Notes: a model not told the origin generated them from the letters alone. Positions 10,721 through 20,021 are shown, counted from the stretch's first letter. The stretch: 21,257 nt of DNA from an uncultured Deinococcales bacterium (GCA_964244895.1 CAXTKV010000079.1:1-21257), one strand, 5' to 3'. Numbers and translations: made by a program.

Positions 10721-11665
10721 TCACGCGCTGGCGGGTTTGCTGGAACCGGGTGCGGCCTTGCCCAGCACCTCGGGCAGCGTGCGCTCGAGGTCGCGCCATT
10801 CGAGGGTGAAGGCGGCGCGCATCGGGGTCGGGTCGGCGGTGTTGCCCGCTTTGAGCATCGCGTACTGATCCTTGGTGATCGGCGCGATGGCCGGAACCAG
10901 GTTCATCAACGGAACCGCGATGTCCATCAAGAATATGGGTACGGCAACGGCGGGTTTCTTGAAGCCCAGCACGTCCATTTCCATGCTCACCAACTGCTTG
11001 TAAGTGTATTCCTTCGGGCCGACCAGATCGAAGGTCTTACCGATGGTGACGGGGTTGGTCAGGGCTTGCGCGAACGCGGCGGCGACATCGCCGACCCAGA
11101 TGGGCCGAAACAAGAACATGCCGTCCCCGATCTGCGGCACGATCGGGCCGCTGGAAACCAGGTTCTTCAGCACGCGCCCGAAGAAATCGTCGCCCTTGCC
11201 GAACACCAGGCTGGGCCGGAAGATCGTGTAGTCCAGCCCGGAAGCCTGCACCAGCTGTTCCGCCGCGTACTTGCTGCTCGAGTAGCCCGAATTGGCTTGC
11301 GGCCCAGCCCCGAGCGCGCTCATCTGCAGGTAGCGTTTGACGCCCGCCGCCTTGGCCGCCTCCAGGACGTTGCGCGTGCCGCCGACGTGGACTTTTTCGA
11401 AGGTCTGCGCGCCCTTCTCGGCGATGATGCCGACCAGGTGAATCACAGCCTCGACGCCCTGCATGGCTTCTTTCAGGCCAGCACCGGAGGCCACGTCGCC
11501 CGCGCGGTAATCGACGTTCGGGTCGAGCGATAAATTCGCACCGGAAGCGGCCTTGGATTTCTTGCCGTCCCTCGAGAGGCCGACCACGCCGTGTCCGGCT
11601 TGCACGAGCGCTTCAGTGACGGAGTGACCGACGTAACCGGTGGCGCCTGTAACGAGTACTTTCAT
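10721..11665 (-). CDS. NAD(P)-dependent epimerase/dehydratase-like SDR (NDUFA9-like)
   Basis: VLVTGATGYVG Rossmann motif, HLVGII, MSALGA, YSSSK, RPSLVFG. AGGA RBS. Confidence 0.88.
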   Translation of the reverse strand: MKVLVTGATGYVGHSVTEALVQAGHGVVGLSRDGKKSKAASGANLSLDPNVDYRAGDVASGAGLKEAMQGVEAVIHLVGIIAEKGAQTFEKVHVGGTRNVLEAAKAAGVKRYLQMSALGAGPQANSGYSSSKYAAEQLVQASGLDYTIFRPSLVFGKGDDFFGRVLKNLVSSGPIVPQIGDGMFLFRPIWVGDVAAAFAQALTNPVTIGKTFDLVGPKEYTYKQLVSMEMDVLGFKKPAVAVPIFLMDIAVPLMNLVPAIAPITKDQYAMLKAGNTADPTPMRAAFTLEWRDLERTLPEVLGKAAPGSSKPASA

Positions 11666-11750
11666 GTCTGTATCCTCGCGCGTGTCGTGCGTTTCGTCTG
11701 AAGTCTGGGCTGCGTTGCGCAGCCTCGATCTCGAGCCGTAACTGTAAAAA

Positions 11751-11773
11751 GAACACCGTTCTGGACGGTGTTC
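11751..11773. repeat. Minimal (internally deleted) hairpin repeat copy
   Basis: GAACACCGT-TCTGG-ACGGTGTTC followed on the minus strand by a T-run (TTTTT), so it could act as a terminator after ldrP. Confidence 0.75.
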
Positions 11774-11811
11774 AGGGATGGCGTGCTGGCCGGTGGCGGG
11801 GCATGGGGCTT

Positions 11812-12441
11812 TTAGAAATTATCGTCGCCCAGGTCGTTGGCTTCGGCCAGTTCCTCGAGCGCGGGAATGTCCAAGAGCGTGATGCGGCGGTAACCGGATT
11901 GCACCAGGCCCTCGGCGCGCAATTCCGTGACGATCTTCGAGACGCTCTCGCGGGTGCTGCTGGTGCCTTCGGCGATCAGTTCGTGGGTGGCGCGCACGTA
12001 GGTGCGGGTCTGCTCGTCCGCGCCGCCCAGGGGCGTCTTGGAGAGTTCGATCAGGTAACGCGCCACGCGCTGGCGCAGGTCGCCGATCTGAAGGTGGTAC
12101 TCGTAGGCCATCACGCGCTGAAGCTGGTCGGACAAAGATCGCGTCACCAGCGACAGATTTTCCTGGGTCATGCCGTTCGGGTCGACCGGTATGACGGTCG
12201 CGTCCGTCAGGGCTTCGACCTGATGGTCGCGCCAGGCTTTGGTGAAGGCTTCCTCGCCGAAGTAATCGCCGGGCAGGACGTGGCGCACGGTCAGCACGCG
12301 ACCCTTGGGGGTCAGTTTGGCGATGCGAATCAAGCCGGATTCGACGCGGAACAACGACAGGGCCGGGTCGCCTTCGTAGTAGACGGTCTGACCGCGACGG
12401 TAGCGCATGGTGTGCTGCCTCGGGCTGATGGCTGTGGTCAT
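11812..12441 (-). CDS. ldrP: CRP/FNR family activator, LdrP (TTHB099)-like
   Basis: RHVLPGDYFGEEA, AYEYHLQIGDLRQRVARYL and RESVSK match Thermus LdrP as I recall it. Start moved to ATG 12441 behind AAGGAG. Same operon as carH. Confidence 0.8.
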   Translation of the reverse strand: MTTAISPRQHTMRYRRGQTVYYEGDPALSLFRVESGLIRIAKLTPKGRVLTVRHVLPGDYFGEEAFTKAWRDHQVEALTDATVIPVDPNGMTQENLSLVTRSLSDQLQRVMAYEYHLQIGDLRQRVARYLIELSKTPLGGADEQTRTYVRATHELIAEGTSSTRESVSKIVTELRAEGLVQSGYRRITLLDIPALEELAEANDLGDDNF

Positions 12442-12463
12442 GCGATCTCCTTTTTTGGCCATG

Positions 12464-14083
12464 TCAGGCCACCTTCTGGCTGTCTTCGGCCTTCGAGCTG
12501 ACCGAGCGATCTGGGTGAGTGGCGGTGGCTGATCCGACGCGACCGAGAATCCGTGCCGCGGTGCGAGACGCGTTGAAGCCGCTGACGGCGACCCCGATGG
12601 TTCCCTGACCGGGAAAGATGGTTTCGCCAGCCAGCAGAAGGCCGCGAACGCTGGTGCGATGGTGCTGGGCGTTGAAGTTGGCCGCGGCTGGGGTCTGCGG
12701 AATGCCGCCGACCCGTCCCATGCCGTGCAGCGTGAAGCGTTCAAAAGTGCGCGGGCTGCCGGATTCCAGGTGTACCAGGTTGGCGTTGAAGCCCGGCCAG
12801 AGCGCCTCGAGCCGCGCCAGGATGCGCTTTTCGTGCTGGATTTTCTGATCGTGATACGCGTCTTCTGAGAGCTTGAACCAGTCCTGCGCGTGAACGTGGG
12901 TGCTGATGGTGATGCTCCTGAAGCCTTCCGGGGCTCGCGATCTGTCCCAGGCGGGGCTGATGGAGACCAGAAAGTTTTGCGTCAGGCCGTCCCGGTCGAA
13001 GTCCACGACCTGCTCGAAGCAACCGACATCGGCGGGCAGAGCGTTTTCGCGCACGCCCATGTAGAGCGTGAACGCACCCCAGATTTCCGGGTAGCTCGAG
13101 GCGTTGGGCTCGAGCGCGGCGGGTTTGGCGTCGCCCAGCAGCGCCATCGTGTCGGTCGCGGGAGCGGTCGAGATCACGACCGGGCTGCGGAACATCCGTC
13201 CATGCGTTTCCACGCCGACCACGCGCCCCTTCTCGGTAACGATGCCGCGCGCGCGGGTGGCGTAGTGCACGTGCGAACCGCTGGCTTCGATGCTGCCCGC
13301 CAGATCCTCCGCGATGGTCGCCAGGCCGCCGGGGACGTACTGCGCGCCGTATCGGTAAATCTCGAGGGCGTACGATCCGTTCGGTAGAGCGCACTCGTCG
13401 GAGACGCACTGCATCGAATCGAGCAGTTGCGCGTCGATGAAGGCTTTGTGCGCGGGGTCGGTTACGCCGTGCCTGTCCAGCGCGTCCTTGACGGTCTTGT
13501 TCAGTCCGAACAGGACTTTCAGCAATCCGGGGTGAATGCCTCGGGCGGTATCCAGGATGTCCTGGAGGCTTTTGAACGGCATGACCGGGAACTTGCGCGC
13601 CACGTGGTGCATCACGTCCGCCGTGCCCTGAATGTCTTTCCAGAAAGCGCGTTTTTCGTTGAGCTGACCCGGAAATGAACGCTCGAGTTCCGCGTCCCAG
13701 GCAGCGCGCGTGCCGCGCAGGAAAACGGTTCGATCAGGCAGATGCAAGCGCATGGCAGGATCGAGCGCCACGGCTTTGGGCGTCATGCCCAGCGTGGCGT
13801 AAATCTGGTTGAACAACCCGCCCGGCTCGAGTCCCGACGCGACGGTCGCACCGACCGGAAAGCGGAAGGTCCCGAGCGCGGTCTTGCGGCTGTAGGCGGT
13901 GGCGCAACCGCCGGGATGAATGTCGCGCTCCAGCACGCGCACGCTGTAGCCGCGTCTGGCAAGCAGGGCTGCGGCGGTTAGGCCCGCGAAGCCCGCCCCG
14001 ATGACGGTCACGTCGGCGTGCAAATCCTGGCGCTCGACGCGCCCCGTTTGAGGCACGGCGCCCCCTGAGATGGCCGCGTTCAT
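12464..14083 (-). CDS. FAD-dependent carotenoid desaturase/isomerase-family oxidoreductase (cyanobacterial CrtD-like clade)
   Basis: GAGFAG FAD motif, PGGCA, VGAT...GLEPGG, GAFTLYMGV, RAPEG, SPRTFERFT, G.VGG..Q and GETIFPGQGT. ATGA overlap with carH. Confidence 0.8.
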   Translation of the reverse strand: MNAAISGGAVPQTGRVERQDLHADVTVIGAGFAGLTAAALLARRGYSVRVLERDIHPGGCATAYSRKTALGTFRFPVGATVASGLEPGGLFNQIYATLGMTPKAVALDPAMRLHLPDRTVFLRGTRAAWDAELERSFPGQLNEKRAFWKDIQGTADVMHHVARKFPVMPFKSLQDILDTARGIHPGLLKVLFGLNKTVKDALDRHGVTDPAHKAFIDAQLLDSMQCVSDECALPNGSYALEIYRYGAQYVPGGLATIAEDLAGSIEASGSHVHYATRARGIVTEKGRVVGVETHGRMFRSPVVISTAPATDTMALLGDAKPAALEPNASSYPEIWGAFTLYMGVRENALPADVGCFEQVVDFDRDGLTQNFLVSISPAWDRSRAPEGFRSITISTHVHAQDWFKLSEDAYHDQKIQHEKRILARLEALWPGFNANLVHLESGSPRTFERFTLHGMGRVGGIPQTPAAANFNAQHHRTSVRGLLLAGETIFPGQGTIGVAVSGFNASRTAARILGRVGSATATHPDRSVSSKAEDSQKVA

Positions 14084-15030
14084 CGCTCGAACCTCGAGAG
14101 CAGGCTATCGAGCGCGACGGATGCGTCTTGACCCAGGTACTCGCCGCCGAATTCGTGCGCCAGTTCCGGCGAGGCGTTGAAGGCTGCCCCGCCGAAAGCC
14201 ACGACGGGCGCGGCGGTTCGCAAATCGATGTTGTTCTCGCGCAGGGCATCGAGGGCTTCCGGTGAACCCGCGGAGATCATCACGGCGTCAGCCCGAACTT
14301 CCTTGCAGAAGCGCACCAGATCCTCGACGGGCGTGTTCGCGCCCAGGTAGTGCGTGCGCAATCCGGCGCGGCGCAAGAAAATGGCCAGCGTCAGGCTGCC
14401 GATCTCGTGGTATTCGTGCGGTGCGCACGCGACCACGACGACCGGGCCGTGGCGCGGGCTGCCCGCGAGTTCCAGGAGTTGATGAAGTTTCCCGCGCAGG
14501 TAGTTGCTGGCCTGGTGCTCGTGTGCGACCGTAATCTCGCCGCGGTGCCATTTCTCGCCGATCGTGATCAGCGTGGGTTGGATGACATCCAGAAGCACCG
14601 CTTCGACGCTCAGGCTGGCGTGCGCGTTGGCCAGGATGCGATCAGCTTTGTGGGTATCGCCGCGCATGGTCGCGTCCACCAGTTGCGCCACCAGATCGTT
14701 GCTGATGCCGCGCGGGTGTCCGACCTGGGCGGCGGGATTCGGAATGGTTTTCTGGGTTCGCGCGCCGTGCTGAAGGACGTACAGCTGGGCTGCGCGGCTG
14801 GCGGGTACGCCGCTGGCAATTTTTTCCTTGAGGAATTCGATGCAGGCGATGTCTTCGGGGCTGTACAGGCGATAGCCGCTGTGCGTGCGTTGCGGGTTGG
14901 GCAACCCGTAGCGGCGTTCCCATTGGCGCAGCGTGGTCGCTGGGACGCGCGTGCGCTGCTCGACTTCATTGGCCGTGAACATCGGCGTGTCGTCGGTCGA
15001 GGTGAATGTCGTCTGGCTGGATTCGTTCAC
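14080..15030 (-). CDS. carH: Adenosylcobalamin-dependent photoreceptor repressor CarH/LitR (MerR HTH plus B12-binding domain)
   Basis: TLRQWERRYGLPNPQRTHSGYRLYS MerR HTH, W-x9-EH (WHRGEITVAHEH) and E.HEIG B12 motif. GTG 15030 has a GAGGT RBS; ATG 14982 is an alternative start. Confidence 0.9.
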   Translation of the reverse strand: MNESSQTTFTSTDDTPMFTANEVEQRTRVPATTLRQWERRYGLPNPQRTHSGYRLYSPEDIACIEFLKEKIASGVPASRAAQLYVLQHGARTQKTIPNPAAQVGHPRGISNDLVAQLVDATMRGDTHKADRILANAHASLSVEAVLLDVIQPTLITIGEKWHRGEITVAHEHQASNYLRGKLHQLLELAGSPRHGPVVVVACAPHEYHEIGSLTLAIFLRRAGLRTHYLGANTPVEDLVRFCKEVRADAVMISAGSPEALDALRENNIDLRTAAPVVAFGGAAFNASPELAHEFGGEYLGQDASVALDSLLSRFER

Positions 15031-15082
15031 GGTTGAGAACCTCGGGTTGAGCCAACGCTGTAGAAAGTTTGAAGCACCTTTG

Positions 15083-15118
15083 ATGTCCAATGTATGTCTA
15101 AGGTTTGTCTAATGTCAA
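15083..15118 (-). promoter_or_regulatory. carH promoter with overlapping CarH-type operator
   Basis: Minus strand TTGACA (15118-15113)-N18-TACATT (15094-15089). TAGACA/TAGACA/TGGACA repeats at exact 11-bp spacing (plus-strand TGTC at 15106, 15095, 15084). Confidence 0.8.
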
Positions 15119-15334
15119 GTCGATGTTTGTCCCGACGCGGGGTGTAAAGGTAAAAAACCCCGTCCAGAAAGCTCAATTGCGAAGCGGACGTTTGAATTGA
15201 AGCGGGTTGAATCCGGCTCGAGCGGCCAGAAGTTTGAACAAGCCCGTCCAAACGCGAGGGCTTTGACAAAGCTTATACAACCGATCATTTGGTTTTCCTT
15301 ACGTGCCGGGCACCGTCACGGACTAGAAAGAGCG

Positions 15335-15393
15335 GATACCGTCCTGGACGCAAAAAAATCGAGGTTCCAGTTTGCCGTTCTGGACGGTCTTTT
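15335..15393. repeat. Degenerate hairpin repeat copy (type II left arm)
   Basis: GATACCGTCCTGGACGCA ... CCGTTCTGGACGGTCTTT. Confidence 0.75.
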
Positions 15394-15671
15394 CCAAAAA
15401 CCGGAAACCAGCCGCGCGACTCACACGCCAGCATCGAGCCGCGAAAGGTGAAAGGTGCGTGTGAAACGGGCTTCGTCGCTCGAGCTGAAGTTCTCGCAAA
15501 GCGCACGCCGGTCGAGCCGTGACCACCAGAAATTTGCTCCAACGTCTCGAGCGTTCACCGAAACCGAATGCCAGCCCCGCGATTCAGATGTGTAGCCCAT
15601 ATTTGTAGATCGTGAGGAATTTGGCCTCTGGTGCAACAGAACGGTCGCTATCATGCGATCTGGAAACCGGG

Positions 15672-17684
15672 ATGAGCCTGATTAGCGACACACTGAAACG
15701 CAACCAACCGCGCACCGAAACGGCCACCGTCCAGACGCGCGGCCCGCGCTTCGACCATCTCGGCGGCACGATCGCCGGAGGTATCGGCGGGCTGGGCACA
15801 ATCTTCGCGCTGATGATCGCCTCGAGATTGCCGCTCGATCCGAACCCGCCAGCCGCCCTGATCGGCGCGGTCTGGCTGGTGCTCGCGATCGGCTTGAGCG
15901 TGGTTTTTGGGCTGATCGTGGCGGCTCGTGGGCCGCTGCCAAAAAGATTGACTGGCGCGCTCGCCGGGATCGTCGGCGTACTGGAAATCGGCGCTGGACT
16001 GCGCGCCGGAAGCGTGCTTTTTGGAAGAATGCTCGAGCTAGCGTGGCTCGAATTGGCCTTCGACCTGCTGCTGGCCGGGGGTGTGTTGTTGGTGCTTTAC
16101 ATCCTGCGCCGCGAACTGACCGGCCTGGCTCGCCGCGAAGTCGAAGCTGGAGAGCGCGACCCCTTGACCGGATTGCTCAACCGCGACGGCATCACCCGGC
16201 GCTACAACGAACTGCGGCGCGGTACGCCCGCCTCGATCATGATGCTGGACCTGAACGACCTCGATCAGATCAACGAGATCCAGGGACACGGTGCGGGCGA
16301 TGCTCGCCTCCGCCAGGTGGCTCGAGCCATCGAAGCCGCGCTGCCTTTCGGCGCGATTGCGGGACGCTGGGGCGGCGACGAATTCCTGGTGCTGCTGCCC
16401 GGACGCCACGAACGCACCGCGCTCGAGCTCTCGCACCGACTCCAGCAGGCCGTTCCAGGCCCGCGCACCAACCGTTTACCGTTCAGCATCGGCGTCGCAC
16501 CCGCGCCAGGAGGCCGCCCGCTGGAGCGTTCCGTCGCGACCGCCGACGGGCGCATGTACGAGGACAAGGAAACCCAGCGCGAGGCCGAAGCTGAAATCAC
16601 CGGTGAACGCTCCCTGGCGGGCTTCGAGGAGTTCTCGGCGCGGCTCGAAGGGCTCTCGGACGCGCCCGAAATCGTCGAATCCGGACTGGGCATGGCGCGC
16701 GAACTGCTCGGCTTCGACGCGTGCTTCTACATCGAACGCGAGGAAGCCAAGACCTTCATCCTGGAGCACCTCGATGGCGACCTGGAAGACGGCATGGAAG
16801 CCCTGATCGGCAAGGCCAAATTCCGCCCCGGCAAGGGCCTGATCGGGCGCGTCCTTCAGGAAGGCTTCACGCTTTATTCCAGCGATTACAGCGACGACCC
16901 CGAAGCCCGCGAGGAAAACAACCTGCGCGGCGTGATCATTAAAAGCATGGTCGTGGTGCCCGTGCGCGACAAGAAAGGCGTCACCGGAGCCGTCGGCGTT
17001 TTTTCCTACCATCGTTGGCGTCCGATCACGCCCCGCGTGCGCCGCGCCGTCGAAGCCGTCGGATTGCGCCTCCAGCACGCGCTGGAACGCGATCACGCCG
17101 TGGACGAGATTCGCCGCACCCTGGAAAACGGCTTGCTGGCCATCGGCGTGGCATTAGAAGCCCGCGACCTCGAGACCGCCGGGCACACCGAACGCGTCGT
17201 CAAGATGAGCGAGATGCTCGGCGAACAACTCGGTGTGCGCGGACGCGCCATGGACGCCCTGCGCCAGGGCGCGTACCTGCACGACATGGGCAAGCTGGCC
17301 GTGCCCGACGCGGTCTTGCTGAAAAAAGGCAAGCTCGACGCGGCGGAATGGGCGATCATGCGCGCCCACAGCGTGATCGGCTTCGACCTGGCCAGCCGCA
17401 TCCCCAGCCTGGAGCGCGCCGCGCTCGACGTGATCCGACACCACCACGAACGCTGGGACGGCACCGGCTACCCGGATCGCCAATCCGGTTCCAACATCAC
17501 GCTGGCCGCCCGAATCTTCGCCGTCTGCGATGTCTGGGACGCGCTGACCAGCGAACGCCCGTACAAGAAAGCCTGGACGGAATCCGAGGCGCTGAGTGAA
17601 ATCAAGCGCCTCTCCGGCACGCATTTTGATCCCGAAGTCGTGACGGCGTTCGAGCACGTGCTGGACAAAGTCTCGATCGATTAG
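15672..17684 (+). CDS. Membrane-anchored GGDEF-GAF-HD-GYP c-di-GMP turnover protein
   Basis: About 4 N-terminal TM segments; DPLTGLLNR and RWGGDEF; GAF-like middle region; ETAGHTERV, LHDMGK, HHERWDGTGYP and RPYK. Start 15672 (ATG) or 15612 (GTG). Confidence 0.92.
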   Translation: MSLISDTLKRNQPRTETATVQTRGPRFDHLGGTIAGGIGGLGTIFALMIASRLPLDPNPPAALIGAVWLVLAIGLSVVFGLIVAARGPLPKRLTGALAGIVGVLEIGAGLRAGSVLFGRMLELAWLELAFDLLLAGGVLLVLYILRRELTGLARREVEAGERDPLTGLLNRDGITRRYNELRRGTPASIMMLDLNDLDQINEIQGHGAGDARLRQVARAIEAALPFGAIAGRWGGDEFLVLLPGRHERTALELSHRLQQAVPGPRTNRLPFSIGVAPAPGGRPLERSVATADGRMYEDKETQREAEAEITGERSLAGFEEFSARLEGLSDAPEIVESGLGMARELLGFDACFYIEREEAKTFILEHLDGDLEDGMEALIGKAKFRPGKGLIGRVLQEGFTLYSSDYSDDPEAREENNLRGVIIKSMVVVPVRDKKGVTGAVGVFSYHRWRPITPRVRRAVEAVGLRLQHALERDHAVDEIRRTLENGLLAIGVALEARDLETAGHTERVVKMSEMLGEQLGVRGRAMDALRQGAYLHDMGKLAVPDAVLLKKGKLDAAEWAIMRAHSVIGFDLASRIPSLERAALDVIRHHHERWDGTGYPDRQSGSNITLAARIFAVCDVWDALTSERPYKKAWTESEALSEIKRLSGTHFDPEVVTAFEHVLDKVSID

Positions 17685-17799
17685 CTACGCGAGCTTCGTC
17701 TCGCGGAGTCCCGTATTTCAGGCTGATTCTCGAGATCTTTGACGGCAACAAAAACACGATGCTCGCGGTTGTTTCACGCGCACGACACGCGGATTGCAG

Positions 17800-17824
17800 A
17801 GGGCGAATACAAGAGTCGCCCTAC
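17800..17824 (-). repeat. Single GTAG-type REP-like element (second repeat family)
   Basis: Minus strand GTAGGGCGA-CTCTTGTAT-TCGCCCT: GTAG tetranucleotide at the 5' end of a short GC-rich palindrome. Confidence 0.5.
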
Positions 17825-17893
17825 AAAACCTGTGAGGGAGGGACTGTGATGCGCCCTCGAGACGTACCGAACGCTCGCGGGGATTGCGCGCAT

Positions 17894-17946
17894 CTCGAGA
17901 ACACCGTCCAGCACGCATTATTCAATATGCGTGCTGGACGGTGTTC
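17894..17946. repeat. Intergenic hairpin repeat copy (type I, perfect)
   Basis: CTCGAG overlapping the start of perfect 20-bp arms GAACACCGTCCAGCACGCAT (17899-17918) / 17927-17946, with an 8-nt loop. Confidence 0.95.
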
Positions 17947-17954
17947 CTGAGGGT

Positions 17955-18851
17955 TCACGCTTTGCGCGTGCTGCCATCGAGCGTCAGGATCGGCCCGTAC
18001 AACTCCGGCCTGCGATCCCGGAAAAACCCGAAGCTGGCGCGGAAACCGCGCGCGATCTCGAGGTCGAGTTCCGCGACCAGCACGGTCTCCTCGGTGGTTC
18101 CGGCCTCCGCGATTTTCTCGCCGGTGTAATCCGCGATGAACGACGAACCGTAGTACGTCTGCGTCAGCCCCTCGACGCTTTCCGTGCCGACCCGGTTGGC
18201 CGCCCCGACGTAACACAGGTTCGCCACCGCGTGCCCAATCATCGCGCGTTGCGACATGGCGCGCGTGTCCGTGCCGCCCGCCTCGGCGGGTTCGGAACCG
18301 ATGGCGGTCGGGTACAGCAGGATTTCAGCGCCCAACAGGGCCATCGCGCGGGCCGATTCCGGGTACCACTGATCCCAGCAGATGCCCGCACCGACGATCG
18401 CCAGGCTCGAGCCGCCAGGGTGCGTCGGAAACGCCCTGAAGCCCGTGTCGCCGGGGTTGAAGTAATACTTTTCCATGTACCCCGGCCCGTCTGGAATGTG
18501 CGATTTGCGGTACACGCCCAGCACCTCGCCGCTCGAGTCGATCATCGCGAGGCTGTTGTAGTGCGCCTGACCGGCTTTTTCAAAAAACGATACGGGCAGC
18601 ACGACCTTCAGTTCCCTGGCGAGCGCCTGGAAGCGCGATATGAACGGGTGATCCGCGAACGGGTGCGCCAGCGCAAAGTACGATTCGCGCTGCACCTGGC
18701 ACCAGTACAGGTTCTCGAAGAGCTCCGGCAGCAGGATCAGGCTCGCGCCCCGCGATGCGGCCTCGCGCACCATCGAGACGGCTCTGGAGACGTTCGTCTC
18801 CAGGTCATCCGTCATGCTCATCTGCACCACGCCGAGACGCAAGTTGCTCAT
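17955..18851 (-). CDS. aguB: N-carbamoylputrescine amidase
   Basis: Nitrilase-fold E-K-C triad (PELF, YRKSHIPDGPGY, ICWDQW) and YPTAIGSEP. ATG 18851 behind GAAGGAG. Directly downstream of aguA. Confidence 0.92.
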   Translation of the reverse strand: MSNLRLGVVQMSMTDDLETNVSRAVSMVREAASRGASLILLPELFENLYWCQVQRESYFALAHPFADHPFISRFQALARELKVVLPVSFFEKAGQAHYNSLAMIDSSGEVLGVYRKSHIPDGPGYMEKYYFNPGDTGFRAFPTHPGGSSLAIVGAGICWDQWYPESARAMALLGAEILLYPTAIGSEPAEAGGTDTRAMSQRAMIGHAVANLCYVGAANRVGTESVEGLTQTYYGSSFIADYTGEKIAEAGTTEETVLVAELDLEIARGFRASFGFFRDRRPELYGPILTLDGSTRKA

Positions 18852-18861
18852 CGAAACTCCT

Positions 18862-19959
18862 TCACTGACCGCGCCAGACCTGGCCCGCGGGTTGCTGTTG
18901 GGTGATGCAATGGAACGATCCGCCGCCCGTGATGATGCCGCGCGAGGACAGGCCGATGACCTCGCGGTCGGGAAACAACGGGCGCAGAATCTCGAGGGCG
19001 CGAGCATCGTTCGGGTCGCCGTAGGTGGGCACGATCACGAAGCCGTTGCCGATGTAGAAATTGCAGTAGGTCGCGGCCAGCCGGTCGCCCTCGAGCCCTT
19101 CGGCCCGCGCGAGTTCACCCGAGAGTTCCAGCCGATTTTTCGGCAGCGGGAGCGTCACGATCTGGAACGGGTGCCCGTCAACGTCGGTGAAGCTTCTCAG
19201 TTTCTCGAGGTTCGCGTTCATCGGCGCGAAATTGAGATCGGATTCGTCCTCGCTGATCGCGGTCACGATCACGCGTTCGGACGCGAACCGCGTGATCGTA
19301 TCGATGTGCCCATCCGTGTGATCGTTCTCCAGGCCGTCACCCAGCCACAGGATTTTCTCGAGCCCCAGGGAATCGCGCAGCGCCGTCTCCAGATCCGTTT
19401 TTGAGCGTCCCGGATTGCGTTCCGGCGACAGCAAGCACTGCTCCGTCGTCAGGCACGCGCCCGCGCCGTTGACATCCAGCGAACCGCCCTCCATCACGAT
19501 TCCCGGTCTGAAGGCCGCCGTCTCGAGGATGCCTGCGACGAACTTTGGAATCGCGTTGTCCAGTTCCGCCGGAAATTTGTTGCCCCACCCGTTGAACTCC
19601 CAGTCCACGGGCGCGATTTCACCGAACGCGCCGGGAACGACCGGCGCGATTCCTCCATTGCGCTTGACGAAGATCGGGCCGCTGTCGCGCAACCAGACAT
19701 CGTTGTACGGGTGCCGGTGAAAGGTCACGTCGCAACCCGCCAACCTCGAGCGCGCGTCCCGTTCAGTTTCCTCGTCGCGCACCAAGAGATGCGCGGGTTC
19801 AAAACGAGAGATGGCGCGCACCAGACCCGCGAAATCGGAGCGGACGGATTCCAGGTAACCCAACCAGAGCCGATCGCTGTACGGCCACGCCATCCAGGTC
19901 GCGGCGTGCGGTTCCCACTCGGCGGGCATGGCGAATTGCAATTCACGGGGCGTCTTCAC
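18862..19959 (-). CDS. aguA: Agmatine deiminase
   Basis: MPAEWEPH, W.RDSGP, FNGWG.K, EGGS, DHTDGHID, Y.NFYI.N and GGGSFHCITQQQP motifs. Confidence 0.93.
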   Translation of the reverse strand: MKTPRELQFAMPAEWEPHAATWMAWPYSDRLWLGYLESVRSDFAGLVRAISRFEPAHLLVRDEETERDARSRLAGCDVTFHRHPYNDVWLRDSGPIFVKRNGGIAPVVPGAFGEIAPVDWEFNGWGNKFPAELDNAIPKFVAGILETAAFRPGIVMEGGSLDVNGAGACLTTEQCLLSPERNPGRSKTDLETALRDSLGLEKILWLGDGLENDHTDGHIDTITRFASERVIVTAISEDESDLNFAPMNANLEKLRSFTDVDGHPFQIVTLPLPKNRLELSGELARAEGLEGDRLAATYCNFYIGNGFVIVPTYGDPNDARALEILRPLFPDREVIGLSSRGIITGGGSFHCITQQQPAGQVWRGQ

Positions 19960-20021
19960 GGGTGACCCAGTGTACCGGGAATCGGTGGGGGAGAGGTCAG
20001 GCTCGAGATTCGCGTTCCGGT

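Noticed and set aside
15416..15479. Stem TCACACGC...GCGTGTGA as a riboswitch (cobalamin or c-di-GMP) or ncRNA
   Set aside because: No recognisable B12-box or GEMM consensus; the arms resemble a decayed type III hairpin repeat. An Rfam scan would settle it.
15130..15670. Small ORFs and an LdrP/CRP-type site in the carH to HD-GYP gap
   Set aside because: The ORFs are short, cross repeat copies and lack motifs; no convincing TGTA-N8-TACA or TGTGA-N6-TCACA palindrome was found.
17955..19959. aguA-aguB as a novel system
   Set aside because: Standard agmatine-to-putrescine pathway with intact catalytic motifs.
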